A stretch of 64,000 nucleotides of DNA from the NCBI GenBank assembly GCA_028534125.1, contig CM052840.1, positions 1,426,001 to 1,490,000 of the forward strand. Direction: 5' to 3'. Source of the stretch: Lama glama (taxonomy: Eukaryota). The position numbers and the translations under genes were made by a program. Each line of letters opens with the position of its first letter. Position 1 is the stretch's first letter. The notes under the pieces were generated by a model. The model was not told the origin of the DNA, did no database searches, and worked only from the letters and a program-made list of their open reading frames with translations. This document shows positions 63,965-64,000 of this stretch, piece by piece.

Positions 63965-64000
63965 TTGCGTAGGAGCAATCAGAACAGATGACACAAGGAA

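Noticed and set aside
1-64000. CRISPR arrays, operons or prokaryotic defence systems
   Set aside because: Mammalian intron-containing DNA with no repeat-spacer array.

Overview
Mammalian genomic DNA, almost certainly camelid (alpaca/llama/camel): about 11 copies of a ~80-150 bp tRNA-Ala-like SINE of the camelid Vic-1 type are present. The window matches the human LEMD1-KLHDC8A-NUAK2 block, with all genes on +. It holds a probable LEMD1 3'UTR end (1-~245) and the complete KLHDC8A coding sequence: 5 coding exons at 31375-36935 summing to 1053 nt (350 aa), all with GT-AG introns. KLHDC8A also has a CpG island, a likely distal non-coding first exon near 17.9-18.4 kb and a poly(A) signal at 37807. 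NUAK2 contributes its promoter, exon 1 (partly in an N gap) and exon 2. The rest is intron/intergenic DNA with SINE, L1, MIR, L2, MER and LTR remnants, microsatellites and five N gaps. I found no evidence of a new protein-coding or RNA gene system. The most unusual structure lies ~1 kb upstream of NUAK2: a camelid SINE (14-bp TSD) split by a 2.27-kb insert with its own 15-bp TSD. The insert is a mosaic of a whole decayed L1 ORF1, inverted L1 pieces and apparently older repeats, consistent with a retrotransposed host-RNA, transduction or template-switch chimera. Two further chimeric or rearranged L1 inserts, an 84-bp dispersed duplication, a strong uORF in KLHDC8A and a CTCF-like site between the genes are also flagged. 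Repeat family names and human orthology come from memory, not from searches.
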